56,260 nt of DNA, from IMG/VR virus record IMGVR_UViG_3300006114_000006; one strand, 5' to 3'. This DNA comes from an uncultured virus (IMG/VR IMGVR_UViG_3300006114_000006) (lineage: Duplodnaviria > Heunggongvirae > Uroviricota > Caudoviricetes). The notes beneath the pieces are model-generated. The model did no database searches and had not been told where the DNA came from. It worked only from the letters and a program-made list of their open reading frames with translations. Positions within the stretch are counted from its first letter, which is position 1; every line of letters starts with the position of its first letter. Positions 47,001-56,260 of this stretch are shown here, piece by piece. The position numbers and the translations under genes are program-made.

Positions 47001-47565
47001 GGATGGCGGAACGACAGGCACTGAACCATTGCCCCCAAGTCAGGATGAGTTGAATAATTTATTAGCACCAAATCTTAACATAATTAAATCAATCTCAGAC
47101 GAAATAATCTATCATCCAGTAAATTATACATTACTGTTCGGAGCGGCAGCTGATCCAGGTCTTCAAGCTGTGTTTGAAGTTATTATTAATCCTAGTTCGG
47201 CAGTATCTAATGCCAATGTTACTGCACGTATTCTAACAGCTATCAATCAATTCTTTGCTTTAGAAAATTGGAATTTTGGAGATACATTCTATTTTACTGA
47301 ATTATCAACTTATGTAATGCAACAATTAGCACCAGATATTATTAGTTTCGTTATAGTTCCAACACAATCTGGTCAGTATTTTGGAAGTTTATTTGAAATA
47401 ACATGTGCAAGTGATAGTATTTTCTTAAGCTGTGCTACATTTAGCAATATCCAAGTAGTATCTGGACTAACTCCAAGTAACCTTAAGACAGTTACAGGTA
47501 CTGCATTATCTTCAACAGCAAATCTTCAACAAATAACAAGTGCAAATTATGGGGCAAATAGTTAA
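44065..47565 (+). CDS. gp6: Baseplate wedge subunit, gp6-like (1166 aa)
   Basis: YDFDNLR..MIDYI...FNDYIESS..LIDLIA, ENFIETAERRSS, FADGIFG..P, YRISNG, ESNASIKQNAP..Y.TQNRMITGEDY. Confidence 0.9.
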   Translation: MSSTTRQNNLLLAEDWQKIYQTFSNANFQSYDFDNLRRTMIDYIRTNFPEDFNDYIESSEYLALIDLIAFVGQSIAFRVDLNARENFIETAERRSSLINLAQLVSYVPSRCVSASGLLKVATVSTTENVLDSNSRDLSGQVIAWNDPSNTNWYDQFIRIINAALPQNQQFGNPSDSATIYNIPTAQYRFNAVAANLPVYSFSSSVAGRSMDFDITSTTFNAQTYIYEETPKIGNQVACVYTDDGYGAGSPGTGFFFRFTQGTLNNATFTVTTPSTNMQINIDTPNINNTDVWLWQLDSNGNESVLWTKIPALTGNNIIYNSLNQNVTTIYSVTTQTNDSIILNFADGIFGQMPLGTFRVYYRISNGLSYVINSTDINNVSISVPYISANNAPEVITLTLSLKTSVINATTTESNASIKQNAPQTYYTQNRMITGEDYNISPLSASLQVAKVKAINRTSSGISRYFDLTDPTGKYSSTNLFADDGILYQQLFNTGTTFTYVTQTDIQGVIDNKILPILEDPNIRNFFYSNFINFISKSVSANWYSKTIDNNSSTGYVGAIDQTPLAVGYNNTSNALLYLGVGALIKFTAPTGYYFNTLQKNILTAIPASGVLPSGGITYLWATVESVSGDGTTATLSNGQGPITLSKPVSTLFNSLGAITATPLLTQIIPAFSTALTSSVQTQIIDLIFNNQSFGLRYDSPTQTWQIIFENNLNTTGSFSLTNQGDVSSTQLDASWFLLFTTDNQTYTITQRSLRYVFESDAEVSFYFDDSVKIYDIVSSSTISDIIKVLSINTQPLSTSAFTTDYSWQVVNEYFGQDGYIDPKKVIITFADPLNNGSVDNPQGFIDIVDPSLPTSYIVQKKYSISQGQEDYKYVYNDPAIGGAGPVTILASQSLAYPLSQWTDGQYFYFIDTQIVVQYTVASGILNPTLDYKVYVGRDGLKFQYTHSADYNSRIDPGASNIIDVYILTKSYDTAFRQWVDGGTTGTEPLPPSQDELNNLLAPNLNIIKSISDEIIYHPVNYTLLFGAAADPGLQAVFEVIINPSSAVSNANVTARILTAINQFFALENWNFGDTFYFTELSTYVMQQLAPDIISFVIVPTQSGQYFGSLFEITCASDSIFLSCATFSNIQVVSGLTPSNLKTVTGTALSSTANLQQITSANYGANS

Positions 47566-50500
47566 TGGCCAATAGTAATATTCCAACCGGCAACACTGGT
47601 CTAGGTGTTAATTTTCTTCCTGATTTTTATCAGACTATTGCAAATAAAAAGTTTTTGCAATCGACGATTGATCAGTTATATCAACCTGGTACAATAACAA
47701 AAACTAGTGGATTTATTGGTCGTAAAAATGCAAAAGCCGCAACTGGTAAAGATGTTTATGTTACTGCGGCAGATAATACTAGACAGAATTATCAATTAGA
47801 GCCAGGATTTACAGTAACAGATGCGTTAGGCAATGTTACATTCTTTAAAGATTATATTGACTATATCAATCAGTTAGGAGTGTTTGGAGCCAACACAAAA
47901 AATCATAACAGATTAAACAATCAAGAATTCTATAGTTGGGATCCTCATATCGATTGGGACAAATTTGTAAACTTTCAAGATTACTATTGGTTACCATACG
48001 GCCCTGACACTATTACAATTTACGGTCAGCAACTAGGTACGAATAGTACTTACAATGTTGCAATACAGGCTGAAGGTAATACAAATGAATATTTGTTTAC
48101 ACCTGACGGACTAACTTTAAATCCTGTATTAAAATTATATAGAGGTCAAACTTACAATTTTAATATTGTAAGCCCGGGTAATCCTTTTAGTTTTATGACT
48201 GAACGTAGTATAGAACAAGGGTATCTATATAAAGAAGGAGTTAGTGATCATAGCGTAGAGTTAGGAACAATAACATTTACAGTACCGCTTAATGCTCCTA
48301 GTTTAATATTTTATCAAAGCGAAACTGATATTAATTTAGGCGGCGCTATTGAAATTTTTGACATTGTAGATAATACATTTCTTGACGTAGATAAAGAAAT
48401 TATTGGAAAACAAACATACACCCTTTCAGACGGAACTGCATTAAGTAACGGGATGAAAGTAAATTTTGGTGGAAATGTAGCTCCATCGCAATATGCTGTT
48501 GGTAGCTATTATGTTGAAGGAGTTGGCGTTGCAATTAAATTAGTTTCTGAAAAATTACTAGAGATATTGAGTCCTTATACTTCCAATTTATCAGTCGAAT
48601 TTGATTCTTCACCATTTGCTTCGTTGCCCTTTGATGATTCAACAGGCTATGCAAATGTTAAAGATTATATAGTAATTAATCGTGCAAGTACTGATCATAA
48701 TCCTTGGTCTAGGATCAATCGTTGGTTTCATAAAGATGTTATTATAGCTAGTGCAAATTATAATAAAGATGTTCCTTCATTAGATCAAACAGCAAGAGCT
48801 AACAGACCTATTATTGAATTTGAAGCTGGTTTAAAATTATTTAATACAGGAACGATATCAATAGCAGATGTAGATTTAGTTGACACATACACAACTGATG
48901 TCTTTAATGTAATTGAAGGATCTTTAGGATATACGATTGATGGTATTTCATTAACCGATGGGCAACGCATATTGTTTACAAATGCAAATGCCGATCCTTT
49001 AGTGCAAGGAAATATATATCAAGTAAGTTTTGTAAACATTCAAGGTCGCAATCAAATACAGTTAACTCGAGTAGCAACCCCAGAATTGAATCAATCAGTA
49101 CTAGTATTACAAGGAGTTAAAGGTCAAAGCCAGATGTATTGGTATAATGGTACAGCATGGGTTGAAGGACAACAAAAAACAACTTCAAACCAACCACCGT
49201 TATTTGATATATTTGACAATAATGAAATAAGTTTTAGTGATGTTTCCACTTATCCAGGTTCTACGTTTACAGGAACTAAACTGTTTTCTTATCAAGTAGG
49301 ATCAGGCCCAAGTGATTCAGTTTTAGGATTTCCATTAAGCTACTTAAATGTTGCAAATATTGGAGATATTGTTTTTAATTTTAATCTTGCAACAGATACA
49401 TTCAATTATAAAGACAATTCGACTACTATCACAACAGGTATTGATACCGGATTTTTATTAAAAACTAATTTTGCAGGAGTTTCTAGTTATGTAAACGGCT
49501 GGCAAACATGTACCACACCAACAGTACAAGCCGCTGTGCGTATCTATGAAGGTGCTGAACAAACAAATAATTTTAACATTGACATCTTTGATGACATAAA
49601 AAACTTATCAGATCTTGTAGTTAAAGTTTATATTAATAGTTTTAGAGTTAGTCCTTCAGAATGGACAATAGTCGATACGCCTCAATACAAACAATTAGTG
49701 TTGAATACGCCAATTACTACAACAGATGTATTAACAATAAGAGCATTTAGTTCGCAAGCAATTAACAGTAACGGCTATTATGAAATACCGTTGAATCTTC
49801 AAAATAATCCATTAAATGATATTATTGATACATTTACATTGGGAGAAGTTACTGACCATGTTGTTAGTATTATTGACAACCTCCCAACGGGATTTGTTGG
49901 AGTGTTCCCGGGAGATGATAATTTAAGAGATTTAGGAAATGTAACACAATACGGAACAAAATTTGTACAACATAGCGGACCTTTAAGTTTAAGTTTATAT
50001 CATATTACATCCGAATCTAATAATATTATTAAAGCTATTGAAACAGCAAGGGATGATTATAATAGTTTTAAACGTAATTTTATTGCGGCAGCTAGTAATT
50101 TAGGAGTAGATACAGATCCAGTTACTATGGTTGAATTAGTAATGCAATCTATTAACGGTAACAAACCAAATACTGCTCCTTATTATTTTAGTGATATGGT
50201 GCCATACGGTGCAAGTATTACTACACATCTTACAGTTGTAGATTATAGAATAAAAACTTATCCTTTAACTAGTGTTTTTACGTTAGATAAACTTAGCAAT
50301 CAGGCGGTTGGTGTTTATCATACAACTAATGCTATAAAAACTCAGTTAATATACGGACAAGACTATACATTTAATAGTCAAGGATTTATTGTCATTACAG
50401 ATATTGTTGTGTTAACTAACGGTGATACAATTACTACAGTAGAGTATGACAGTACAGATGGAAGTTTTGTTCCGCCAACTCCTACTAAATTAGGAATTTG

Positions 50501-53500
50501 GCCTGCATTTGTTCCTAAAATTTATTTAGATACAACACTAGCATCTCCGCAAAACGTAATACAAGGGCACGACGGTAGCATTGTGTTAGCATATGGCGAC
50601 TATAGAGATGCAGTATTATTAGAATTAGAAACACGAATTTTTAATAATATTAAAGTAAAATACGATTCTACAATTTTTGATGTCGCAGATATAATTCCAG
50701 GATATAACCGAACTACTCCTTACACCCTAAGCGAATTTAACGAGGTACTTTCTCCTTCATTCTATTCTTGGGTTGGATTAGTAGGCGTAGATTTTACTCA
50801 ACCTGTAAATTTTGATGTTGCTAATCTATTCACTTATAACTATTCTTTTGATACATCACCGGACGGTAACCCTGTTCCGGGATTTTGGAGAGGTGTATAT
50901 CGCTGGATGCTAGATACCGATCGTCCTAATCTTTGCCCATGGGAAATGTTAGGATTTAGTCAGCAACCCAATTGGTGGGTTAGTGTGTATGGTCCAGCAC
51001 CTTATACTAGTGATAATTTACCTATGTGGCAAGATATCTCTGCAGGACTTGTTAAAGAACCTGGGATGCCTGTTATTAAATTATCTAAATTTGCAAGACC
51101 TTTCTTAATAAATCATTTACCAGTTGACGAATCTGGAAACTTAGTAAGTCCTGCAACTAGCGGATTGGCCAGCGGACCATTATTACAAAATACAAATAGT
51201 GTCTTTGTATTTGGAGATGTGGGACCAGTTGAATCAGCATGGAGACGTAGTAGCTATTATCCATTTAGTGTGTTAGTATCTTCTTTGTTGTTAACTCCTG
51301 CTAAAACTTTTGGAATTTTGTTAGATCGATATAGAATTGAAAGAAATATTGCCGGCCAATTAATTTATAAAGACACTGGGCTACGTATTCGACCAGCTGA
51401 TGTAAAAATTCCTAATTTATATTCTAGTAAATCTAGAGTACAAACAGCTGGATTAATCAATTATGTAGTTGATCTTATTTCAAATATTATTTTTAGTAAT
51501 AATCAAGATTCATATAATTTATATGTTGCAAATTTAGCTAATTTAACTCCTCAATTAAGTTATAGAGTTGGAGCATTTACTAACCAGCCACAATTTAATT
51601 TACTATTAGAAAGTAAAACCCCATTGGCTACCGGTAGTGTTTTTATTCCTCCAGAAAGTTATAACATATTTTTAAATAGTTCTAGCCCTGTTCAAAAAAT
51701 AACCTATAGTGGTGTGATTATTACAAAATTATCAACCGGTTTTGAAATTAAAGGTTATAGTAAAACACAACCATATTTTAATTATTTTAATTATTTAGAA
51801 TCAGGCATCACAGTCAATGTCGGAGGAATTTCAGAAAGTTTTGTAACTTGGACTCCGAGACAATCTTATACAGCCGGACAGATTGTGCAATATGGAAATT
51901 CTTATTACAGAGCAGTAACTAGTACAGTTGCTACTGAAACTTTTAATAGTCAATCATTCGCATTATTGGCATCTCTTCCGTTAACTGGCGGAGTATCTGC
52001 TGTTTTCAGATCGGCATGGGATACCACATCTTTACAAACATTGCCTTACGGAACACAATTAACTACTATTCAAGAAGTAGTAGACTTTTTATTAGGATAT
52101 GAACAATATCTTTTAAGTCAAGGATTCATATTTGATGATTTCAATAATAATCTTGGCCGTGTTGCTAATTGGTCCACTAGTGCTAGAGAGTTCATGTTCT
52201 GGACAACACAAAACTGGAGTAACGGACAAGAAAAATGGTCTGACTGGTCTGTAAATCAACCTTATAGTTACGGAACTGTAGTGCGATACGACGGCAATTA
52301 TTATAGTGCAAACTACAATATTCCGGCATCTGCTGTGTTTGAATACAATCTATGGACTGCATTACCTGGATTAAGCAATCTTGGAAGTAGTGTTATCAGT
52401 TTAAGTCCTAGTGCCAATGGTATCAATTTTATTACTAATTTGACAGTTGTTGACAGTATAAGTAATCCGTTCAACAGCTATGAAATATTTAAAGTGGACG
52501 GTACGCCTTTAACTCCAAACGATATAGATAGCTATCGAACTGGAAATACCGTTACATATAGTCCAAGAGGTACACATGGAATTTATTGTGCAAGTTTTTA
52601 TTTGATACAAAATGAACATGTAGTAACAATTAATAATACAGATATTTTTAATGATATCATTTATAATCCTGCTACAGGTTATAGAAGAGAACGTTTAAAA
52701 TTGTCAGGGTATGTAACCGAAGGCTGGTACGGCGGATTAGATATTCCTGGATTTGTGTATGATGCCGCTAAGATCGATTCTTGGCAAGCGTGGCAAGATT
52801 ATAATATGGCCGATATCATTGAATATCAAGGAAACTATTATAGTGCTAATGCCTTTACAGCAGGAACAATTAATTTTGTATCTGAGCAATGGACCAGATT
52901 AAAATCTAAACCATCGGCACAGCTATTGCCAAACTGGACAAATGTTGCTACACAGTTTGTAGATTTTTATAGTCTTAACGTTGATAATTTTAATACAGAT
53001 CAACAGAAATTTGCACAACATTTAATTGGTTATCAAAAAAGACAGTACCTGGATAATATCATACAAGACCCTGTCAGCGAATTTAAATTCTATCAAGGTA
53101 TGATTCGAGATAAAGGTACACAAAATGTGCTGAATCATTTGTTTGGAGTATTGAGCGAAGACAAAGCGGAGAGTCTAGTATTTTATGAAGAGTGGGCATT
53201 GCGTGTTGGCCGATATGGGGCAACTAATGCTTTTGAGGATATAGAATTTGTGTTAGACCAAAAAGATTTTAGAAATAATCCTCAAGGATATTTTTTAACA
53301 AATTCTATTAATAAAAATATTAGCGACTTTGTGAATCAACAAACACCTAATGATGTATATGTAAAACCACTCGGCTATAATTCTAATCCATTTCCAGTAA
53401 ACACAAATTATAATCCGTTATTGCGTGATGCTGGTTATATTAATCCAGCAGATGTTAAATTTAGTTTAAAATCATTATCAAATATTAACGATACCGATAG

Positions 53501-56260
53501 TAAAGGAAATTTGTTATACCCCATTACTTCAATCGATGAAGGCCAGTATATTTGGACTGCATTTGATAATAACAGTTGGAATATATATCGTTTTACAGAT
53601 TTAAAAATCAGAGTATCATCTGTTGCATACAGTAACGGAGTACTAACAATAACAGCATTGAATAGCTTACCATTAACAGCAGGTTCTTACATTGGAGTAA
53701 GAGAAACTGGAACTATTAATAGTCAAGGTGTTTATCTAAGTACTTTTGATGGGTTTTATCAAATTGCTACTGTTAATTTAAATGTAATTACTATCAATAC
53801 TAAAATCTCAAATTTTCCATCTCCGTTTACACAAACTGGACAGATGGTAATGTATTCTTTAGTATCAAGAAGATTTGCAGGTATAGACACTGTGAATTCA
53901 ACAAGTAATACAGTTAAACTTAAAGCCGGTGAATTAGTTTGGACCGATGATAGTGGGGCAGGATCTTGGGCTACTTGGAAATACAATCCAGCGTTTAGCC
54001 AATCTTCCTTGGCAAATATTTCATTCTCTGCAAATTTACAATTTGGTTCAGTTGTAGCTATGAATCGTAAAGGTTCTGTACTAGCAGTAACTAATGGATC
54101 AACCGGTGTTATTACTACCTATGATAAAGCAGGAACAGTAGTTCCTTGGGCACAACGCTCAACTCTTACTGCACCTTTCATGTCTAACCCTAATCCGTTG
54201 TATCCAATACAAAATACAAAACCTACACAACTTTCTACTGTGTTAAGTTTTAGTGATGACGGAGTCTGGCTAGTTGGCGGTAGTCCAACAGTCAACCGAG
54301 TAGCAACCAGCTATGTAGGACTGTATAACAGTAGCAATACGTATACTCCTGGAAGTATTGTATCTGATACAAATGGAATATTTTATGAGTGTTTGATTAC
54401 TAGTAATGGAATTGCTCCGTCCTCAACATCTTTATCATGGCAAATTATTCCGTATGTTCCTGTAAATTCTTTATCGGGAATAAATTCCACAATAGTAGGA
54501 CAAGGTGCGATAAGCCTGTATGTTAAAGATTTAAATAACAATTATAGTTTAGTTGATTCAATTATTAGTCCATCTCCTAGTACTAATGAACAATTTGGTT
54601 CTAGTGTAGCTTTTGGAAATAATGTTATGTACGTTGGTGCTCCTGGACATAATAACGGAGCAGGTAGAGTTTATCAATTAAGATATACAACAGTCACACT
54701 GGCTTCGTCACAGTATAATCCTGTAGGCAGTGAAGCAGTAAACCAAGGAGTTACTACATCTGAAATACTTAAAGTAACGGCTGGGTCATTTGTTATAGGA
54801 ACAACTTATACAATTTACACTCTAGGTACAACAGATTTTACTACAATTGGTGCAACTGCAAATACTGTTGGCGTAACGTTTATTGCAACTAACGTTGGAT
54901 CAGGATCAGGAGTTGCAACTACAGTTATATTCAACAATTTAGTTCAGTCAGGACAAAATATTTTAGTAGTTAATTCAACTCTTGGAATACGTGCAGGTAT
55001 GATAGCAGTGTCTTGTGCAAACGGTGGATACACTAGCGGTCAAAAAGTTGATTATGTATTAACCAAATTCATATTATATTCTTACTATAGTGTAACCAAT
55101 AGTGCTAGTTATAATTTAAGTCAGGTGTTGGCAGGTATGACAGTTACAGGTACAAATATTCTACCTGATACTATTGTAATAAGCCAGGGACAAGAAAATC
55201 TTACAATAAACGGATCACAACAAGCATTTAGTTATTTGATTGTTGGTTCTACTCAAGACATGAGTACATCCATTACACAACTGGTTATTAATAACGATGT
55301 TAATTTAACATTTGCTGTTGCTAGCACTAATCAACTAAGCGGAACTTCTGCTCCAATTATACCTTTGAATACGTTATTCTTAGATTCACCGGTTGATCAA
55401 AACAGTTTACCAGGCGGAACAATTAACTTTGTAGAACACACATGGACTTATAGTGGACATATCGATCCAGATGCATCGTTAACTAACCCTGTAAATTTTG
55501 GTAGTGCATTAAAAATAACAGCAGATGGAAACACATTATTAGTATCGTCATCCGGTGCAGTAAGTGTGTACGATGTGTCTGATGTTAACAATCCTGATTT
55601 TATGCAGGTGTTAGTTGGATCTGACTCTAATTTTGGATTTGGAATAGCAATATCCGACTATGGAAATTATATTGCTATTTCCGATGATACACAAAGTAAT
55701 ACAAAAGTGCAAGCAGGCGGTATCAATGTATATTCTCTTGTAAATGGACAGTATATTTTTAATCAAGCATTAATTAGTAATAATCCTGAAACTAATTCTT
55801 TATTTGGTAACAAGATATCATTTATGAATGATAGTCAAACTATTGTTGTTTATAGTTTATACGGTGATACTACAGTTAGTACTTCCTTTGATAGCTCTAC
55901 AACGACATTTGACAGAAATTCAACTGATTTTTTAACAGCAGATAATGCAAGTGGTAGGGTTGACATTTACGACAGATACAATAGTAAATGGATATTCAGC
56001 GAATCATTAGCAACTGAAAATAAATTTGGAGAAGGATACGGAACTGGATTTGCAGTAGGCAATAATCAAATTGCAATTAGTGCCCCGTATGCAATGTTTA
56101 ATAATATTGAATCTGGACAAGTTTATACATATACAAAGTTAAGTAATGTATTTGCCTGGACAATTTATAACACGCAAGTATCCATTCCAGATGTAAGTAA
56201 AATTAAAAAAGCATTCCTGTATAATAAAAAATTAGGAACATTGTCTACTTATTTGGATGT
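47565..56260 (+). CDS. Giant baseplate wedge/virion protein (gp7-like), >2898 aa, 3' end outside the window
   Basis: Not in the ORF track because it runs off the edge. ATG overlaps the gp6 stop (TAATG): MANSNIPTGNTGLGVNFLPDFYQTIANKKFL...DWDKFVNFQDYYWLPYGP. Same frame still open at the end (KIKKAFLYNKKLGTLSTYLD). Contains DTDRPNLCPWEMLG, FYQGMIRDKGT, CBM5/12-like repeats and FG-GAP-like repeats. Confidence 0.85.
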   Translation, partial: MANSNIPTGNTGLGVNFLPDFYQTIANKKFLQSTIDQLYQPGTITKTSGFIGRKNAKAATGKDVYVTAADNTRQNYQLEPGFTVTDALGNVTFFKDYIDYINQLGVFGANTKNHNRLNNQEFYSWDPHIDWDKFVNFQDYYWLPYGPDTITIYGQQLGTNSTYNVAIQAEGNTNEYLFTPDGLTLNPVLKLYRGQTYNFNIVSPGNPFSFMTERSIEQGYLYKEGVSDHSVELGTITFTVPLNAPSLIFYQSETDINLGGAIEIFDIVDNTFLDVDKEIIGKQTYTLSDGTALSNGMKVNFGGNVAPSQYAVGSYYVEGVGVAIKLVSEKLLEILSPYTSNLSVEFDSSPFASLPFDDSTGYANVKDYIVINRASTDHNPWSRINRWFHKDVIIASANYNKDVPSLDQTARANRPIIEFEAGLKLFNTGTISIADVDLVDTYTTDVFNVIEGSLGYTIDGISLTDGQRILFTNANADPLVQGNIYQVSFVNIQGRNQIQLTRVATPELNQSVLVLQGVKGQSQMYWYNGTAWVEGQQKTTSNQPPLFDIFDNNEISFSDVSTYPGSTFTGTKLFSYQVGSGPSDSVLGFPLSYLNVANIGDIVFNFNLATDTFNYKDNSTTITTGIDTGFLLKTNFAGVSSYVNGWQTCTTPTVQAAVRIYEGAEQTNNFNIDIFDDIKNLSDLVVKVYINSFRVSPSEWTIVDTPQYKQLVLNTPITTTDVLTIRAFSSQAINSNGYYEIPLNLQNNPLNDIIDTFTLGEVTDHVVSIIDNLPTGFVGVFPGDDNLRDLGNVTQYGTKFVQHSGPLSLSLYHITSESNNIIKAIETARDDYNSFKRNFIAAASNLGVDTDPVTMVELVMQSINGNKPNTAPYYFSDMVPYGASITTHLTVVDYRIKTYPLTSVFTLDKLSNQAVGVYHTTNAIKTQLIYGQDYTFNSQGFIVITDIVVLTNGDTITTVEYDSTDGSFVPPTPTKLGIWPAFVPKIYLDTTLASPQNVIQGHDGSIVLAYGDYRDAVLLELETRIFNNIKVKYDSTIFDVADIIPGYNRTTPYTLSEFNEVLSPSFYSWVGLVGVDFTQPVNFDVANLFTYNYSFDTSPDGNPVPGFWRGVYRWMLDTDRPNLCPWEMLGFSQQPNWWVSVYGPAPYTSDNLPMWQDISAGLVKEPGMPVIKLSKFARPFLINHLPVDESGNLVSPATSGLASGPLLQNTNSVFVFGDVGPVESAWRRSSYYPFSVLVSSLLLTPAKTFGILLDRYRIERNIAGQLIYKDTGLRIRPADVKIPNLYSSKSRVQTAGLINYVVDLISNIIFSNNQDSYNLYVANLANLTPQLSYRVGAFTNQPQFNLLLESKTPLATGSVFIPPESYNIFLNSSSPVQKITYSGVIITKLSTGFEIKGYSKTQPYFNYFNYLESGITVNVGGISESFVTWTPRQSYTAGQIVQYGNSYYRAVTSTVATETFNSQSFALLASLPLTGGVSAVFRSAWDTTSLQTLPYGTQLTTIQEVVDFLLGYEQYLLSQGFIFDDFNNNLGRVANWSTSAREFMFWTTQNWSNGQEKWSDWSVNQPYSYGTVVRYDGNYYSANYNIPASAVFEYNLWTALPGLSNLGSSVISLSPSANGINFITNLTVVDSISNPFNSYEIFKVDGTPLTPNDIDSYRTGNTVTYSPRGTHGIYCASFYLIQNEHVVTINNTDIFNDIIYNPATGYRRERLKLSGYVTEGWYGGLDIPGFVYDAAKIDSWQAWQDYNMADIIEYQGNYYSANAFTAGTINFVSEQWTRLKSKPSAQLLPNWTNVATQFVDFYSLNVDNFNTDQQKFAQHLIGYQKRQYLDNIIQDPVSEFKFYQGMIRDKGTQNVLNHLFGVLSEDKAESLVFYEEWALRVGRYGATNAFEDIEFVLDQKDFRNNPQGYFLTNSINKNISDFVNQQTPNDVYVKPLGYNSNPFPVNTNYNPLLRDAGYINPADVKFSLKSLSNINDTDSKGNLLYPITSIDEGQYIWTAFDNNSWNIYRFTDLKIRVSSVAYSNGVLTITALNSLPLTAGSYIGVRETGTINSQGVYLSTFDGFYQIATVNLNVITINTKISNFPSPFTQTGQMVMYSLVSRRFAGIDTVNSTSNTVKLKAGELVWTDDSGAGSWATWKYNPAFSQSSLANISFSANLQFGSVVAMNRKGSVLAVTNGSTGVITTYDKAGTVVPWAQRSTLTAPFMSNPNPLYPIQNTKPTQLSTVLSFSDDGVWLVGGSPTVNRVATSYVGLYNSSNTYTPGSIVSDTNGIFYECLITSNGIAPSSTSLSWQIIPYVPVNSLSGINSTIVGQGAISLYVKDLNNNYSLVDSIISPSPSTNEQFGSSVAFGNNVMYVGAPGHNNGAGRVYQLRYTTVTLASSQYNPVGSEAVNQGVTTSEILKVTAGSFVIGTTYTIYTLGTTDFTTIGATANTVGVTFIATNVGSGSGVATTVIFNNLVQSGQNILVVNSTLGIRAGMIAVSCANGGYTSGQKVDYVLTKFILYSYYSVTNSASYNLSQVLAGMTVTGTNILPDTIVISQGQENLTINGSQQAFSYLIVGSTQDMSTSITQLVINNDVNLTFAVASTNQLSGTSAPIIPLNTLFLDSPVDQNSLPGGTINFVEHTWTYSGHIDPDASLTNPVNFGSALKITADGNTLLVSSSGAVSVYDVSDVNNPDFMQVLVGSDSNFGFGIAISDYGNYIAISDDTQSNTKVQAGGINVYSLVNGQYIFNQALISNNPETNSLFGNKISFMNDSQTIVVYSLYGDTTVSTSFDSSTTTFDRNSTDFLTADNASGRVDIYDRYNSKWIFSESLATENKFGEGYGTGFAVGNNQIAISAPYAMFNNIESGQVYTYTKLSNVFAWTIYNTQVSIPDVSKIKKAFLYNKKLGTLSTYLD

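Noticed and set aside
7267..53986. Numerous short ORFs antisense to or out of frame within the long genes (e.g. 16548..17009, 24642..25001, 37013..37444, 44476..44898)
   Set aside because: Shadow ORFs produced by the codon bias of Thr/Ser/Gly-rich or acidic genes; no RBS or recognisable motifs.
1..56260. Stop-codon reassignment, as in some large phages
   Set aside because: Genes are full length and tightly packed in the standard code; TAG (gp46) and TGA (gp47) are used as real stops.

Overview
A 56 kb piece of a large, AT-rich, T4-like (gp20/21/22/23-type head) myophage genome, almost entirely virion and late genes, cut inside a gene at both ends. The standard genetic code fits throughout. 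Minus strand 1-22.7 kb: Thr/Ser/Gly-rich mosaic fibre/appendage-like proteins, including two giant paralogues (>1877 aa and 2845 aa). Minus strand 22.8-31.5 kb: a capsid-adjacent gene, the head module (major capsid, scaffold, protease, acidic core protein, portal) and a probable tape measure. 31.6-33.5 kb: gp26/gp51-like hub assembly genes (+) and a late protein with hydrophobic segments (-). Minus strand 33.5-38.4 kb: a sigma70-type operon (gp55-like late sigma, gp47, gp46, small basic protein, short GIY-YIG protein) ending in a ~460-nt, densely base-paired non-coding region. Plus strand 38.4 kb to the end: baseplate module (tube initiator-like, gp53, hub, gp5, gp25, gp6, giant gp7-like wedge). 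TAAATA late-promoter motifs precede most virion transcription units. The best candidate for an undescribed system is the minimal GIY-YIG protein plus the adjacent large structured element (ncRNA, or alternatively an origin). Other leads are two structured 5' leaders, a TACGCA-N15-TAAATA bipartite promoter, leaderless late genes and small modules repeatedly inserted into virion proteins. All product calls come from motif recognition by eye, not database searches.
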